Source of the DNA: Lingula anatina
Taxonomy: Eukaryota > Animalia > Brachiopoda
Assembly: GCA_051362555.1 (NCBI GenBank)
Contig: CM120641.1
Coordinates: 27,844,401 to 27,908,400 of the forward strand
Length of the DNA: 64,000 nt
Direction of reading: 5' to 3'
The position numbers and the translations under genes are program-made. Shown here piece after piece: positions 26,710 through 41,700 of the stretch (position 1 is the first letter of the stretch; each line of letters starts with the position of its first letter). A model generated the notes under the pieces. The model was given only the letters and a program-made list of their open reading frames with translations. It ran no database searches and was not told where the DNA came from.

Positions 26710-29700
26710 ACATAAAATAGTAATAAACTTAAATTAAGGAAATATCCAACATCCCAAAACTCACCAGCATACGATGTAACTTGGTGTCTATGTCCATTTC
26801 TGAGAAGTGCTCCATATTGGTGATCTGCATGTCCAGGTCGGTCAGCCACACCAGCAAGGCCTCTCTAGTTGTTTTGAAGTCCTCATGGACATTCAGTAAA
26901 TGCTTCAGTCTGCGTATGATGCCAGAGAGACGTTTGGACAGTTTGTCCCATGCATTGTTGGCATCGGTAACCTGCCCCTTCAACATGCTGCTGACATCAG
27001 TGCGACTCTCTCGAGCCAAGCGACGATATTGCTTGTTGATAAGTTCCAGTTCTGCTAGATTTTCGTGGAGAGATCTCTGCAATGTCTGTAACAAAACAAA
27101 TTCAAATTGTCTCCTTGATGTTTGCTTAAATTTCAGCTATAAATACATCAATGAACATTTTTTTCAAATACTACCCAGTACATGTACATAATCTTCAGGT
27201 GCATAAATAGAATTTGTTAATATCTTGATAATGGGAATTTCTTGGAATCAACCCTTTATCAATCTTACCTCAAACTTCCTGAGTTCTTCCTTGGCTTCAG
27301 CAAATGTTACAGAAGCTGATCTTGGCTTTGTGGTGGCTTTCTCCATGTCTTTCATCCAATCCACAAAACGATGGTAATCCTCACTGAACTTCTGCCACAG
27401 CCGCCATGTTTCTTCAATTCTGAATTAGCAATGTATATTCTATGTTATCAATTTGGGCAATACATGTTCATCTAGGTAGGAAATAACTTGAAAAGATATA
27501 TATGCATTAGGGGCTAAATTAAAACTTGAAGTTGAAGGTGCATTAAAATATTACAAAAGTAATGTTAGATATTTTGTAAATACTGACTTACTAAAGACAG
27601 CTGGATAGTACTCTAAATCCCCATACTTAAAATAAATGTGCAACTTTTCACTCTCTCACAAAAAAATCAAAAGAACAAAGAAATAGTTTTTACCTCATTC
27701 TCCTTTCTGTTGAAAGTGCTCTGATGTTCTTCCATCGTCTGTCCAGGCTTGTCTTGGCATGTTGTAATGCAGAGACCTCTACATCAGTGGGACAGGCGTC
27801 TGTATCATGAAGTAACACTTGGCACAAGTTGAGTACAGAGGCCACACCTGCACTGTGTCGCTCTATGTCCTGTTGGTGTTCCTGTGTGTAATAAAATACA
27901 GAAGTCAATCATCCATTAAACAATAGAAAATAAACAAAAATGGAAACAAATTTTTGGAAGAACCAATAATTCTTTTTCTTTCATGAGTTAGATTTAACAT
28001 TGTTACAATTACCTATAAAGATTAATACTTATTTTCTTTATAAAAATAACATTTGATGTAATATCAATTTCAATCCAAGCATTTAATATCACACATCAGA
28101 GGAAGGTGCGAGTAAATTAATTGGTGTTACCTGTTGTTGCTGTAATCTCCTGTGTATCTCGGTGAGATCAGCCTGTTGGTACGAGACTGGGCTGCTCAGA
28201 GCATGTTCTATGTATGCCAGCCAACGTCGCAAGCTGGCCATACTCTTCTCTAACTCTTGGACTGCTGTTAAGGTCTCTTGGAGTTTCTTCAATCTGAAGA
28301 CACAGGTAGAATGTAATTACCATCTTTGATGTCAATATTACTTATTATGAAATTGGTTGGTCATGTTTTAGAATTTCTACAGAATTTTTTCCGGTTCTTC
28401 ATCCTAAACAGCCCACAAGAATCAATACATGGCTTTCAAATGATGAGTACACAATAAAAAGGTAAGAGCTGTACTGATTGCTGTCACCAATCTAATCCAA
28501 TGGTGACAATGTGTTTTTTTTATACAGGTAAGAACTGTTTACCTGGCTGTCACCAATTCTTGTAACCTCTGCCACCTGTCTCTCAGCTTGCTGATCTTGT
28601 ACTCAATGTCGTTGGCTCTGACTTCACTGCTGGATTTGATCAAACGGTGGCCATGTGCAAACAGATCATCACGGTTAACCTGCATGTTTGTGATCTCTTC
28701 TTTATAGTCCTAGAAGAAAAAAATAATAATAATAAGCATTGAGCAACTAGGTCTTTAGACCTCTAGTACCATTACAATGTCTGGTGTAATCATGAAATTA
28801 TCTTACTTTTTACATAATGAAACAACAAAAATGCTTTATCAGGCATAAAGAAATTAAAATTATACTAAATAACAACATTTCAAGTTACCAAATTATGACC
28901 TTAAGAGATTAAGGAAATTTCAAATGGTACAGTACATAAATGTAAAATCATCTTTAAAATCTATAAGTGTTCCTACCTTTTGCAATTTCTCCAGTATGTC
29001 TTCAATATGGAACTCTTGGTTGGAAGACACCTTGGCCTCCATATAGGAAAGCCAGTCCAACATCTCTCTGTATTTATCATTGAACAGTGTCCACTCATTG
29101 AGACGATCTTCAATACAATTTCTCCGAAGTACAATCTGGTTAGCTATTTCATCCCACTGTTTGGTAAGTAGGACAATTCTCTGGCGCAGAATTGTCAGAT
29201 CATCTGGTGACACCACTAGCGCCAGCTGGTGTTCTTTTTCCAGGAGAATTTTCCTCTTGTCTGCCGCATTGGCGAAGGCCGTTTCGAACTCCACACACTG
29301 CTGCAACTGCCGCTGGAGATCATCATAATTCTGCGCCAGCCCTACATTCAAGGCTTTTCTCATTTCCTTCAGCCATGCAAGGATGTCTTCAATGCCTTCC
29401 TCACAACCTTGCCACTGCTTCAGTATACCCTCTAGGTGTTCTCTCCTGCCGTCCAGCTTGCCTATGATCTGGAACCAGTGCTGCTGGATGTCCGTCAAAT
29501 GTGACCGTATGGTGGACTCAGTGGTCTTATCAGAGATACTGACCAGCAGACACCCAGCCTCGTGCACACGCTGGTACATCGATTCATGCATGGCAAGGTC
29601 CTTTTGAGTGGCCTGAAAATAGATTATAATGGGCATTTAAAAGGCTTTATTTGATATGTCTCCATACTTTCAAAACCAGAGTAAAAGGACGTGTGTTGGT

Positions 29701-32700
29701 TCTATCTATGATTATCATACGTTTCTGGAAATGGCAATATTTATTTAGTTATTCTAAGATAATAATAATACATAAAATTTAACTTTTCACTTTCTACACT
29801 AAAATTAAAGCTATAACCAAGTTAATAACAGACTACACAGATGAAATTCCTACAGAATAATCATATAATGTTCAAGTCGTCTTTTGCCTCATATTTCATT
29901 ATCACTTACTCTCAAATGTTCAATCAAAGCCTTGATTTTCTGCAGTGTAGCTGTACTAAATTCAAATATATTCAAGTTCTCATCCATTTCATCAAGCCAA
30001 TTAGACAGCTTCTCTCTAAGAGTCTTGTACATTTGCCAATGGGAAATGTTGTGGTCAATAATAGCCTTCCTCTGATTGGTTCTCCTGACAACACTCTGCC
30101 ATTGCTGATCCAACATGGAGAGCTTCCTCTGGAATTCCTGGCGTTCATCTGAATCGCTGTCTCTCATCATCTGGTGGCCATCGCTGATGATGGACTGCAG
30201 GATTTGTTGCCTAGAGTAGATTTCTGACTGGAACAGCTGGAGGGATAATAGGAATTTATTTGTAATTTACATTTCTCATTTTTATAAAAATAGTTAAGTT
30301 AATTGAGAAAAAATTGGTTTAAATGCATTATCAATTTTGATGCAGAATTATCTCCAACAAAAAGAACATAAATCAAGTATACTTACTTTTCTTGTAAAAA
30401 AAGTAGAACTAGTATAATACTCAACTTGAAGTAATCAGAAAAAATTGGTTCATCAACAGAACTACATGTATGTACAAGATAACTTTGCTATAAGAAAGGC
30501 ACTGAATATATACCTCATATATTTTCTGCTGCTCCAAAAGTCCTTCATAATTTCCAGCAATATCCACTGCCAAGTTCTGCTCTGCTTGAGCCAAGAAAGT
30601 CATCCATGCATCGCACTTCTGCTGGAAGTCGTGGTGGAGTAACATGTGACCCTGCATGGTGCGATATCTCTCAGACGTCTCTGCAAACATCTTATACCAT
30701 TTCTGATTGGTCTGTTTCAATTTCTCCGAATTCTTCTTGCTCAGGGGCAGGCGGTAGCCCATGTTGTTTAGATTGTCTAGCTTGGATTGGTAGTTGTTAA
30801 ACTGTACATTCAAAGCCTTCAGCTCCTCTAGCCTATCTTTCAAGGTGTCTTCATCGGCAGACTTGTTGGGGTCTTCCTCCTCTAAGACTCTTTCGGCATC
30901 GGTGAAGAACTCCTGAATCACTTCAATCAGGTCATCAAATCTCCTTTGCTGTGACAGGTCATTCTGCAGGTTATGGGTGTGTTTCAGGAGAGCTTGTCTC
31001 ATTGTGGACACTCTTTGGCTGAGGGCAGTCTCGCGAGATGTGATGCCTATGATGGTGGTGTTGTCCATGTTTTTGGTCAACTGGTCACTTGCTTTGTTGA
31101 GGGTCAACAAAGATGTTTGGAAATTGTCCAGTTCTTGCTTCAATTCCTATACAATTTAAACATTTGCTTGTTAATTATTGTGAAATATGTTACTATATAT
31201 ACATAAAAAGAAGGGTTGAAACTTTTCATGACAAATTTCAAAGTAACCAGAAAACATGTACTTAACAATATACTAGTAGTACATATCATTAGTTTGATAA
31301 AAATGAAAACTTATATTTTTACCTTCTACATTCAACAGTCATCCTAATCCCATAACTAAACAGTACTTTCATCTCATAACTATCCCCTCCATGACTTAAA
31401 GATACCACTGACCTTGCTCTTGTTAAGATGGCCATCCTTGTCCTCCGCCTCCTCTCTCAGCAGCAGAAGTTCATTACACTGGATTTCCTTCTTCTCCACC
31501 CAGTCCTTGGCCTTGGTGTAGTCTGCCTCGTATTTCTGCCATTTTTCTAGGATGCCCTCATACTTGGACACTCTTGTGCGCAGCTGAGACACTAAACTGT
31601 CCCATCTGTGAAGATAAAGAAGTTCAGGTTATTAAAACCTACAATACCTTGTTTGCTTCCCAATCAAGTGCAGAAATGATATAGCATTTTGCAGTGTAAT
31701 TCTTGAAATTGGCTACCATTCAGAAATTGAGCTGATGTCCATTGCACTGTTTGCATGTATCAAAAGATGTAGAGGATTGAGGAAAGCACTTATTAAATAA
31801 CTGTTCAAAAATGCCCTTCACTGAAAAGCCCAGATGCGTAAAATGTTAGAAGATAAAGTTGGCTTTTTGCCTCAGGTGAAAAGATTCAACCAGATAAATG
31901 ACACTTATGCGATCAATCTTACCTGCTCTTGACATCTGTGACAGCTCTCTGCAGTCCTTGGGTAACAAATGGCTCACATACTTTTATAAGCTGGTCCCCA
32001 TCATCCAGGAACTGCTTCAGTTTGCTTCCTTGTTGATCAAACTCTTTCTGCATTCCCTGTAAAAGAAAATTATTGAGTTCAACAAGCATATGTTGATAAC
32101 CATGCCCAATTTAAGTTCTAAACTAAACAAAATGTGATAAGACACCATTTATATATAACTTTACCATTATCTTTTCAAAAGAAATTTTTCTATATAAATG
32201 AGTTTTTTCTTTCCTTGAACATTTATGCATAATTATTATGTTTATCTTTATCAGGAAACAAACAAGCAAACAAACAAGCAAACAAACAAACAAACGATTC
32301 AAACTATAGAAGTTACTTTTACAAAAGGCTCCAACAAATGCAACACTTTAAACTTGGTTCTTATCCCCACCTTAAGTCTTAACAGCTGACTCTTGAATGT
32401 GGTTGCATCGCCACTGACCACATTGTATCGGCTGAGCAGGTACTCTGTCTCGGTCAGCAGCTGGCTGACCACTTGAAGGGAGGCCTGGTAAGTCTCCCAC
32501 TGTCTCAAGGTGTCCTCCAGGACATTCTGGACCTGGCACACCTGGTGGTCAAGGCAAGCCCAGTGCTGGTTCAGCTTGTCCACTGTGGTCTTCACGTCGT
32601 GGATGCTGTCTGAGGAGCCCTTGCTGGACTCCATGAGACTCAAGCCCAACTTCTTGACTGATTCTATCTCGTCTTCTTTTACTTTGAGCTGTTCTTCAAG

Positions 32701-35700
32701 TGACTAAAATGAAAAAGTAGGATTGTATGAAACAAAGCATGTATTAAATATAGACTAAATGTATGGACCATTTTTTTACCTGCTTTGAATAAAATTTGCT
32801 GGTTGGTTAAAATGCAAATGTGACATGTCTTATACCTATATATGATGCTTCTCCATCATTTCAGAAACCATTCTATAATAATTGTCTGATTACCTTGCAA
32901 TCTTTGAGAGTCTGACGTATGCTGATCTCGTGACCAATCCGGTGATACTTCTTGATCTTATTCTCCTGATCATCGAACCATTCCATTAATCCTTTGACAC
33001 ATTTCTCATACTCCTCCCATCTGACTTGTAGCATTTCTAGCGTCTTCAGTCTCTCCGCCACATCACTGGCTGCAGCCTGCCAGCGCCGGTTCATCTGACC
33101 CAATTTTTCCGCAAAATCCGTCTTCTCTGCTTGGTGACCGTGAGGGACGCGTATGCTCATCTCCAGAGCAGACTGATTGACAAAGTCCACTGTGAGTTGC
33201 TTGTTAGAGATGTCCACCTTGAAGCCGCGGTATTTGGTCAACATGATCTTGGTGTCCAGAGCACTGTCCAGTGGGATGTTCTTGTCATCTTTGAGGACTT
33301 TTTCCAGTCCGCTGATCCAGATGAGGAGCTCGGACAGAGCTTGACGGGATGGCATTAACTCCATCTGAGCCTAGGATGGAGAAATAGAAATAGGAAATAA
33401 TCAAATTCTATGCTTATGAATGTTTAATCAATAAAACACTTGAAATTAACTCTGCAAATACTGAAAGCTTATTAAATTAAGACACAATAACAACTTATAA
33501 CCATAAACGGTTGCCAAAGTTGGAAATGAAAAAGAACATCATTTAATGAGGATTAACAGCAGATCCCTAAATCTTGTCAACTCCAAACGTGTGCAAGTTA
33601 CACACTTTTACAGAAAATTTGACTGGCAAAAAAGATGAAAAATAACAGCAGACAGCAGCTACCTGGTGAAGCCTATCTTCACAACTGGTCAACTGAGTGG
33701 TCAGCTGGAGCCAGGATTCTTCAATACTGTTTAATCTCTGCGGAAGACCACTGGAATCCGTCTTTCTTGACCTTAAGATCTGGTTACCAGTTAGCATCAC
33801 CTTATTTTTCAATGGACTCTGATGTTCAACCTCTTTTCTAAATTCCTGTAAACAAAAGTTTAAACTTTATTACAATCTCAGAATTGATTATCAATTATAA
33901 TTCAATCAAATATATCAGCTTGAATATCTATCTATAAGACTGATAAATTATATACTTGATTCTTCAATGTCAGTAATGGGAGTAAGAGTACTAGAAATGC
34001 CTACAAAACAATTAAAAATTTTATTCTAACAGTGAAGAGAATTCACACCTACTGTTACACTAAAAGTAATCTCAGTGGAACAAAATTCCAATCTTACCAG
34101 GAACCTATCAATATAGCCACGTATTGCTCCAATATCCTTGACATCTTCATCCTTCAAGACAAACTCTCCTGCCTTTTCCTTGGCTGTGGCCAGCCATTCT
34201 TCCAGCATGCCTGCATCATGGTCAAATGTTGTCTGTTGGTCAAGAAGTACCTCAAGCCTGTGAAAATAATAAAAATAATAATAATAATACCCAATAATAA
34301 TACCCTCTATTAAGCTATGGATATTATACATTCTTTGAAATACTGGTAGCTTATCAAATTAAGACAGAATCACAAATTATCACCATAAACATAAAATTAT
34401 ATTATATTATATTATATTATATTATATTATATTATATTATATTATATTATAATATAATACATCTAATGATGGACACATTGGGAAAGGGGAATTACAACTT
34501 TATCTTTACTAACCGTTTCAGTTCTTGATTGGTTGCATTGTTAATTGCAACCCATCTTTCAGCAAATGTAGCCACATTGGTCTCCAGAGCAGGACACTTC
34601 ACCCTCTGTGCCAGCTGCTTGCCCTTCTCAACAACTTGGTACATTGCCGCCTTTTCATCGTTCAGTCTCTTCTGCACAAACTGGTGCTGTCTAATGGCTG
34701 CCGTCTCATCGCCAGTGGTACGAACTGGAGACTGTTTTTCCAAAGATAACAGCCACTCGTTTGTCTGATTGAACTGGTCCTCAAATTGGGCCCATTCTTC
34801 CACAATGCGCTCGATACGCTGTCCTCGCAGGCTGGCCTTATCTTGGACAATGTGGGTCAAGTTGATGAGACGCGTGTGCATGCTGAAGTAGCGCTGGCGT
34901 GTTGCCTTGTCAGTTTTCTGTGCTAATGCGTCCAGCATAGACCTGTGCCCTTCTAAGTCGCTGAAGAATTCCTGTCAATGACAAAAAATTGACATGAGCT
35001 ATTATCCCAATTCAAATTTACTCTCTATGATTTTTATCAATAGATAATCTAATAATGTATATCATTATTATTATACATATCAAGCACATGTAGAGAACCT
35101 ACAAATGTGCAGATAGTTCAAATTTGTGCTCAAAATCATTTTTACTAAAAATTTACTAAAAATAACAGGAGTATTTACAGTGACCACTGCTTGATTTTTT
35201 GTATTCAAATAAGATATTGATAACAATTCATAACTCTTTTAACCTAAAAATTATTTCCTATACATCTCTTTCACTTACTTTGTGTGCCTTCAGTTGTTGA
35301 GCCAGGTGCTGCAGATCTGATGCTGCAAGGGTGTCTGCACGTAGTTTGTCTTGAGCAGTGTCTAAAAACTCTGCATATTCCTGAATCATCTTCTCATACT
35401 GACTCTGCACTGTCATGGCGCGCTGGAGCTGAGCCTTCCTCTCAGTTGCCTGGTGATGGAAGCAAGAGTTTAAGCTAAAGTTGTCTGTACAAAACATATT
35501 TAGGTAAAGGAGATGTAGTCCCTTGGTTGTGTCAAGCAATCATGCCCACAGAATTATTTTTCATCTTATTTATTATGATTTAAAATGTCTCGATAAAAAT
35601 TTATAATAAAAGATTCTTCAAACTACAAATAAGACTCAGGAGTTTTTGGTTGCAACATTTACATAAGGAGGGTTTTAAATACCTGTTGCTGTAACTGCTG

Positions 35701-38700
35701 CCAGGATGTGTGAAGTGTATTCATTTCTACTGGCAGAATGGCTCTGGGATCTCCCTCACTCAGCTCCTCTCCCTCCTGACTTAGTTTGTGGAGTTTCTGT
35801 TCGTACTGCTTGATACTGTCTTCAAGTTTCTGAAGTTCACAATTACACAAAATAGAATCTAACAGGTGTCGCTTATTAAAATTTTAGCAATTTTTTAGTT
35901 TCATCTCTTTGCTGCACTGAATTTTCTCACTTAACTTAAGCAGTCTTAGAATTAATATTTATACGTAAGTAGCACCATGCTGTGCACTGATTTCATATGT
36001 ATAAATTATATATTGTAAACATCAATTTCTCCACAAAAAGATTCACCTAACACAGATAAAAATTTAAAGTAGACTGAAGGAACTTTGAAAATGTAAAAAA
36101 AAAAAAAAAAAAAAAAAAATTATAAAATCTGAAATTACTGATTAAAGAAAATGGGCACAGTATAATTCAAAAGAAAAAATGTTCACAAATTCAAAGCACG
36201 TAAAATGTCTGACACTAAATATAAAACACAGCACAAAAACTATTCAAATCAAAAATTGTTTCCTTACTGGCTCTTCCTTCTACGGAAATCATGCAAATGG
36301 ACAAACAATATTTGATACATGCAATTACAAAAGTTTTAAATGATTTCTTAAAGTACAAATTAGCTATACACATCTATCATAATAGCTGCAATATATATGC
36401 TTTACTAAGTTAGAGTAATATGTATATGACACCTGACATAAAGAGGAGCAGGCAAATTAAGGATTTCCCCTGAAAATTCCATTTCCATCTGAAATACATG
36501 ACATAATGATAAGAGTATATAAAGCTAGCTTACCTTGATCTCAGCCAGCTGTTGTTCAAGAGGAGCCACACTTTGAGCAGAAGTAATAAAATGCCGCCTG
36601 GTTTCTGTAAGCTTGCTCTGCAGACTTTTCACTTCAGTCTGAAATAGAACATTAACACCTTAGTACACAATTCTCATAAATAAAATAAAATTATCTTTCT
36701 GATACAACAATATGCAACTCTTTACTTGGTCTTCTTACATCAAGCCTTATAAATTATTAGCAAATAAATCATAAATTCATGAATCATGTACTTAGTCTTA
36801 CTTGATAATGTTTCCATTTCCTTGTCTTTTCCATCAATTCCTGCTCCTGGTCATATCCCCTTCTCTCCAAGACTTGCAGACGTTTGCCCATGTTCTCCAT
36901 TGTCACCTTGACCATCTGCTTCTCTTCTTCACCAACTTCAGGGAGAATGTGGTGTGAAGTTCTCCCAAGCTCTTTCACATCTTCCTGTACTGAGCGCAGT
37001 TCTTTCATGACAGACTACAAAATGAAAAAGATAACCTTAAAAGTAATTTCATATCTAAGGCACTTAAACATTTATTATTTGAGCATAATGAGCACAAGGC
37101 ACCAATTTTGGTAACAATTCTGATGATACTCTGCATATATTCAATAGTAAACATTTAGCAATACAGGAGTCTGAACCCTATGAAGTGTTTTTTTTACAAT
37201 GGGAGAAAAAAGAAGTTTGTTACAAGATGAACTTTGACCTTGCCAGAGGTGGAGTTCACACTTTGTTCACCAGATGGCACTGGGAATCAATTCCTGTGAT
37301 CAAGACATACCTCATTCTCTTTCAGTTGTTCCTCAGCTGTCCTGTCATGGTCCACTGCAAACAATTTCACCTCAATGAGGTCCATCCACTCAGACAAAGT
37401 TAAAATGGTCTCCTGGAACTGACGCTGGAATTGGAGCAGACGTTCAGAGCGGGTTTCGTCATCCTGGTCAGGTCGCTGCAGACGTTCCCAGCACTGGGTC
37501 AGCTCGAGCATTCCAATCTTTACTTCTTCTGTCTTGGTTGTGGTGCCTGGCTCGTGAACTGACCTCTGACCTTTTTGGTAGATAGCCAATGGCTTGCCCT
37601 AGTAACATGAAACACACAGGTATTTAATTTAAGGATAATATGAAATAATTGCACCAAATTCAGTGAAACTTCTGTAGTTTTTATATGGTTCTTTTTTATT
37701 TATTTTTTTTATTTTAGTAGGTAAAATTAATATTCAAAAACAATTAAATTTACAAATCAATTTACAAATAGCAGCAGGAAATGATTTTCAATCAAACCCA
37801 CCTCACTTCTAGCCCTATTTATAACTTCCTCTGCTTGTTGTTTCTTATCAGCAGCCATCTTGGCTAACCTGTCCCAGTTGGCCTGGACGACGTCTGCTCT
37901 TGCCTCAAATGGGGCATCCTTGGGCTCCACATAGTTTACACCAGATGTGGACACGGAACGAATCAGTCTCTGATGTTTGGCAAGGTCTGTTTCAAGTTGC
38001 TGTAATAAATCAGATACAAATGTTTGAACCATAACAACTAATAATTCGTTTTCATAAAATTACAATTATTTCTGAATTGCAAGTTGAAAAATGAAGATAA
38101 GCCACAGAATTTCTCAAATATTATTTTCACATAAATATTGCTATGGTGCTAAAAAAAGAAACATTGCAAAATATTGAAAGAGGACTACAAATATGAAAAA
38201 ATATAAACCATGTTCTTACTACAAATACATTAATTATTTACATTCTTACCTGTTGCAACTGGTAATTCTCCTCCACCAATTTTGGACCCGTTTCATCCTT
38301 CTTTGGTGACAGTGTCATTCTGCGAGTGTCTTCCATCCATTGCTGTAATTCCTGCATGGAACTCTCCTCCTCAGCAGAAAGTGCCTGGCGCTCTACATCT
38401 CTGATTTTATCCTTTATCTGTCTTTGGCCATCAATGATCTGCAGTTTGAACTCTGTCACCTGTGCCTTGAGCTCGGACACCCTGGATCTCAGTCCTGTGG
38501 CCCCCTCTGAAGACCCAAGCTCCATGAGACTTTCACACTGGACGGCCATGTCTGAGAGCTGCTGGAGGCGTTTGTTTACTTCAGCTTGCAAGTTCTAAAC
38601 AAAAATAAAGTAACTTTTTAATTTCTATATAAATGATAATATGGAAACCTTAGTTGAGAGATTGCATTTTAAATTTACTGATCAAAGCAAATGTAGACAT

Positions 38701-41700
38701 ATTCATATGTTTGTGGCACTTACTTTGCACAATCCCAAAATCATATTATAACAAATATATGTTTTCAAAATGTTACTGTGCTGTAATGGCTATTACCCTT
38801 TCAAGATACGAATAAAAAATGAAAAAAGAAAGAAAACTGCCAATACCTTATTTTTCTCAAGTTGTTGTTTTAAAGTGGCAGTATCTGGGTCTGTCATCGC
38901 TTCATCTGAATTCTCCAGTCTGGCTGTGGTCAACCATTCATCGAACTCTTCTATGTTTGTCTGGTACTCCTGTAAGTCTGCTTGGTGCTTCTGCTGGTCA
39001 TGCAGCTTCATCTGTCAATGCACGAGTTTTTACATGTATTTCTAGGTAATAAGTTATCATTAAAAAATCAACATTGTAGTGCATACTTCTTGCACAATTT
39101 CTTAACTCAAATTCGACTTAAAATTCTAAATTCAACAAAGAATTTAAAGATCACTTCTTGGCTATAACTATCATCTATTAAATCATGGCCTGATAAAGGT
39201 AGGAACACTACATCTGTCCTTTACCTCTGTCTGTCTCATCCTTGTTCTGGTCATAGACTGCAGAGACTCCAGTCTATCGGTCAGTACCACCAGTGTGGCT
39301 TGCATGACTCGAGGCCCCTCTGGCTCTGAGCTACTGGACATCTGCTGACCCAGGGATCTCACTCCGGCCAGTTTTGTCTTTATTTCCTCTATGTGTGTCA
39401 TCAAAACCTGTAGAATTTTTTTTGTTTGAAAGAAGAAATAAACAAAAGGATAATTATTATATAGGTAAACATTGAAAATTTGTGGATAAGAAAAAGCAGA
39501 ATGAAGACCAACATATGCACAAGGACATTCTACAATATGTCATTACAGGCATTTGGACATATATGCATATTTATGTATAATGACAAATGTCAAAACTACA
39601 CAAGAAAGATGGCCTAATGATCCTGAATACCCCCCTGCCCTGCCCCTTCAAAGTGTTCCCTGCCCAGACCTCACCTGACACTGTGTCACCATACTCTCCA
39701 GGTCCTCTGTGGTCTCAGGTGACAGGGCATCCACCTGTAGCCTGACCTGCTCAATGTTGCTGGTGACATCCTGCAGGGCGTCTTGATACTGCTCCTGTTT
39801 ATGGAGGGCTTCTTGCAGTTGCTGCTCCTTGACACCAAGCTTAAGATTGAAATAAAGAATTTATGTCAAATTTCATATTTTTGTTAACCCTAAGAAATAT
39901 AGTAGAGCCACCTGTAGCTGCTGCTCCTGTCACCAAAATAAGGAGAAAAGGCAGGATCAATTAATACTTAATTTTCATATTTATACTAAATCCGTAAATG
40001 CCTTGGAGCCTTTCTTAAGTAATGGCTTCTGTATTATATCACATGACATCAATTTACTTATTCTTTAAATCCACAGTTGAAGGTATGTATATGGGATTTG
40101 AGAGACAATATTAAAGAATTACATGATCCACATATAACACAACTGATTTCTCAATGTCATATGACCTATGGAGTTTTCAGGTGATACAGTTCCACATACC
40201 TGAACCTGGAGAGTGTTCCAGGAGGAATTGAGTTCTGCCAGTTGAGCCATTTTGTTTGGGGAGCCTGGACCACTAGCACTCATAGATACATCCCCCGTAG
40301 TATCTCCCAGAGTGGACACGGTCAGGTCAGCTGGCTTCACTGGACTGCCCAGAGTGGCCATAAGGTCACTACTCACAGAAGCCTTCAAGGGAATTTAAAT
40401 ATCAAATTAATATCCACATGTTTTTCCTGTATACTATTAAAGATAATTATTACAAAACAGTAGATTCAAAATCAAGTAAAAGCTTTACTGTTCTACAATC
40501 TTCTATGTTTGTGAATTATTTTCAAAGTTCAAAATTTGAATGATTCTTAAAAAACATGGAATGCTTATATATTTGAACAGTACCTAGACAACTTTCATAC
40601 TAATCAAGAATAATATTCAGTGAAAAAAACATGGCAACAATCTAAAAACTTACCTGGTCTGACAATGACTCTGTGTCCTCTGGCACAGTAAGAACCCTCT
40701 CTGGTGACAAGAGTTGTTCTAAATTTTCTTTGTTAGGACTTTCCCTGATTTCAGTATCAACCTGAGCACGTTGGGGCTTCTTCTGAGGAAAAATCTCAGC
40801 TTCTTCCACCTCCATGGCTCTAGCTCCTTCGATTTCTGTCACCAACTGTTCTTGTACTGGACTCTTTCTGTCCCTCATGGCACTTTCCACCATTTTCCTT
40901 AGAGAGTCCGATGGTTCTGGTTCTTCACTAGCTTCAGGGTCTTTGACAGTACCATCTGTCATATCTCTTGCAGCCATAGCATTTGAGTACTCTTCCAGAA
41001 GATTATCAGTATCATCGGACTTGATGCTCATTTGATCCGAATTATCAGTCACTAGTTTGGATTTCTGTCGATCAGATTTTTTGCCAGGTTTCGCAGCATC
41101 CGGCACATCCTCATCAACTTCACGGATCTTGGGAATCTTTTCAGGTGGTTCCATTTCTTGAGACTTGCCTTTCCCACTGCTTTCCCTGTCTGGGGCTCGT
41201 CTTTCTAGGACTGTTTCAGCAGAACTGGCACTCCAGCCTCCACTTGGGGTATTAGACCTCCCGTGCATGGCACTTTCAACCATTTCTCTCAAAGCCGTCC
41301 CACCAGCATCACCAGGTCTGAGTGAATCGGCTCCTCGGCGCTGGGTCTCTTTTGAGCTTATGGAGCCTTCAGGGGTCATCATAATACCACTATCAGTCCT
41401 ATGTTCCTTCCAGTCTCCTGGTGGCTGCCCCTGGGATGTCTTCCTGGTTGCTATGGACTCGGAGCTCAACGAGGACATCAATCCCGTCTCGTCGCTAGCC
41501 AGACTCCTTTCAGAGCCCCAGTTGAACTTTTTGCGAATAGTTGGACTCATCTGCTGGGTTCTCTCCTGTAGCTGTAGGCTCTGCTCATTGATTTCTCTGA
41601 TTTTCTCCTGGTAGGTCTTGATCTGGGCTGTCAGGGTCTGAAGTTTATGCACATGACATAAAACATAACATGAAACATCACAGGTAATATGACAGAAAAG

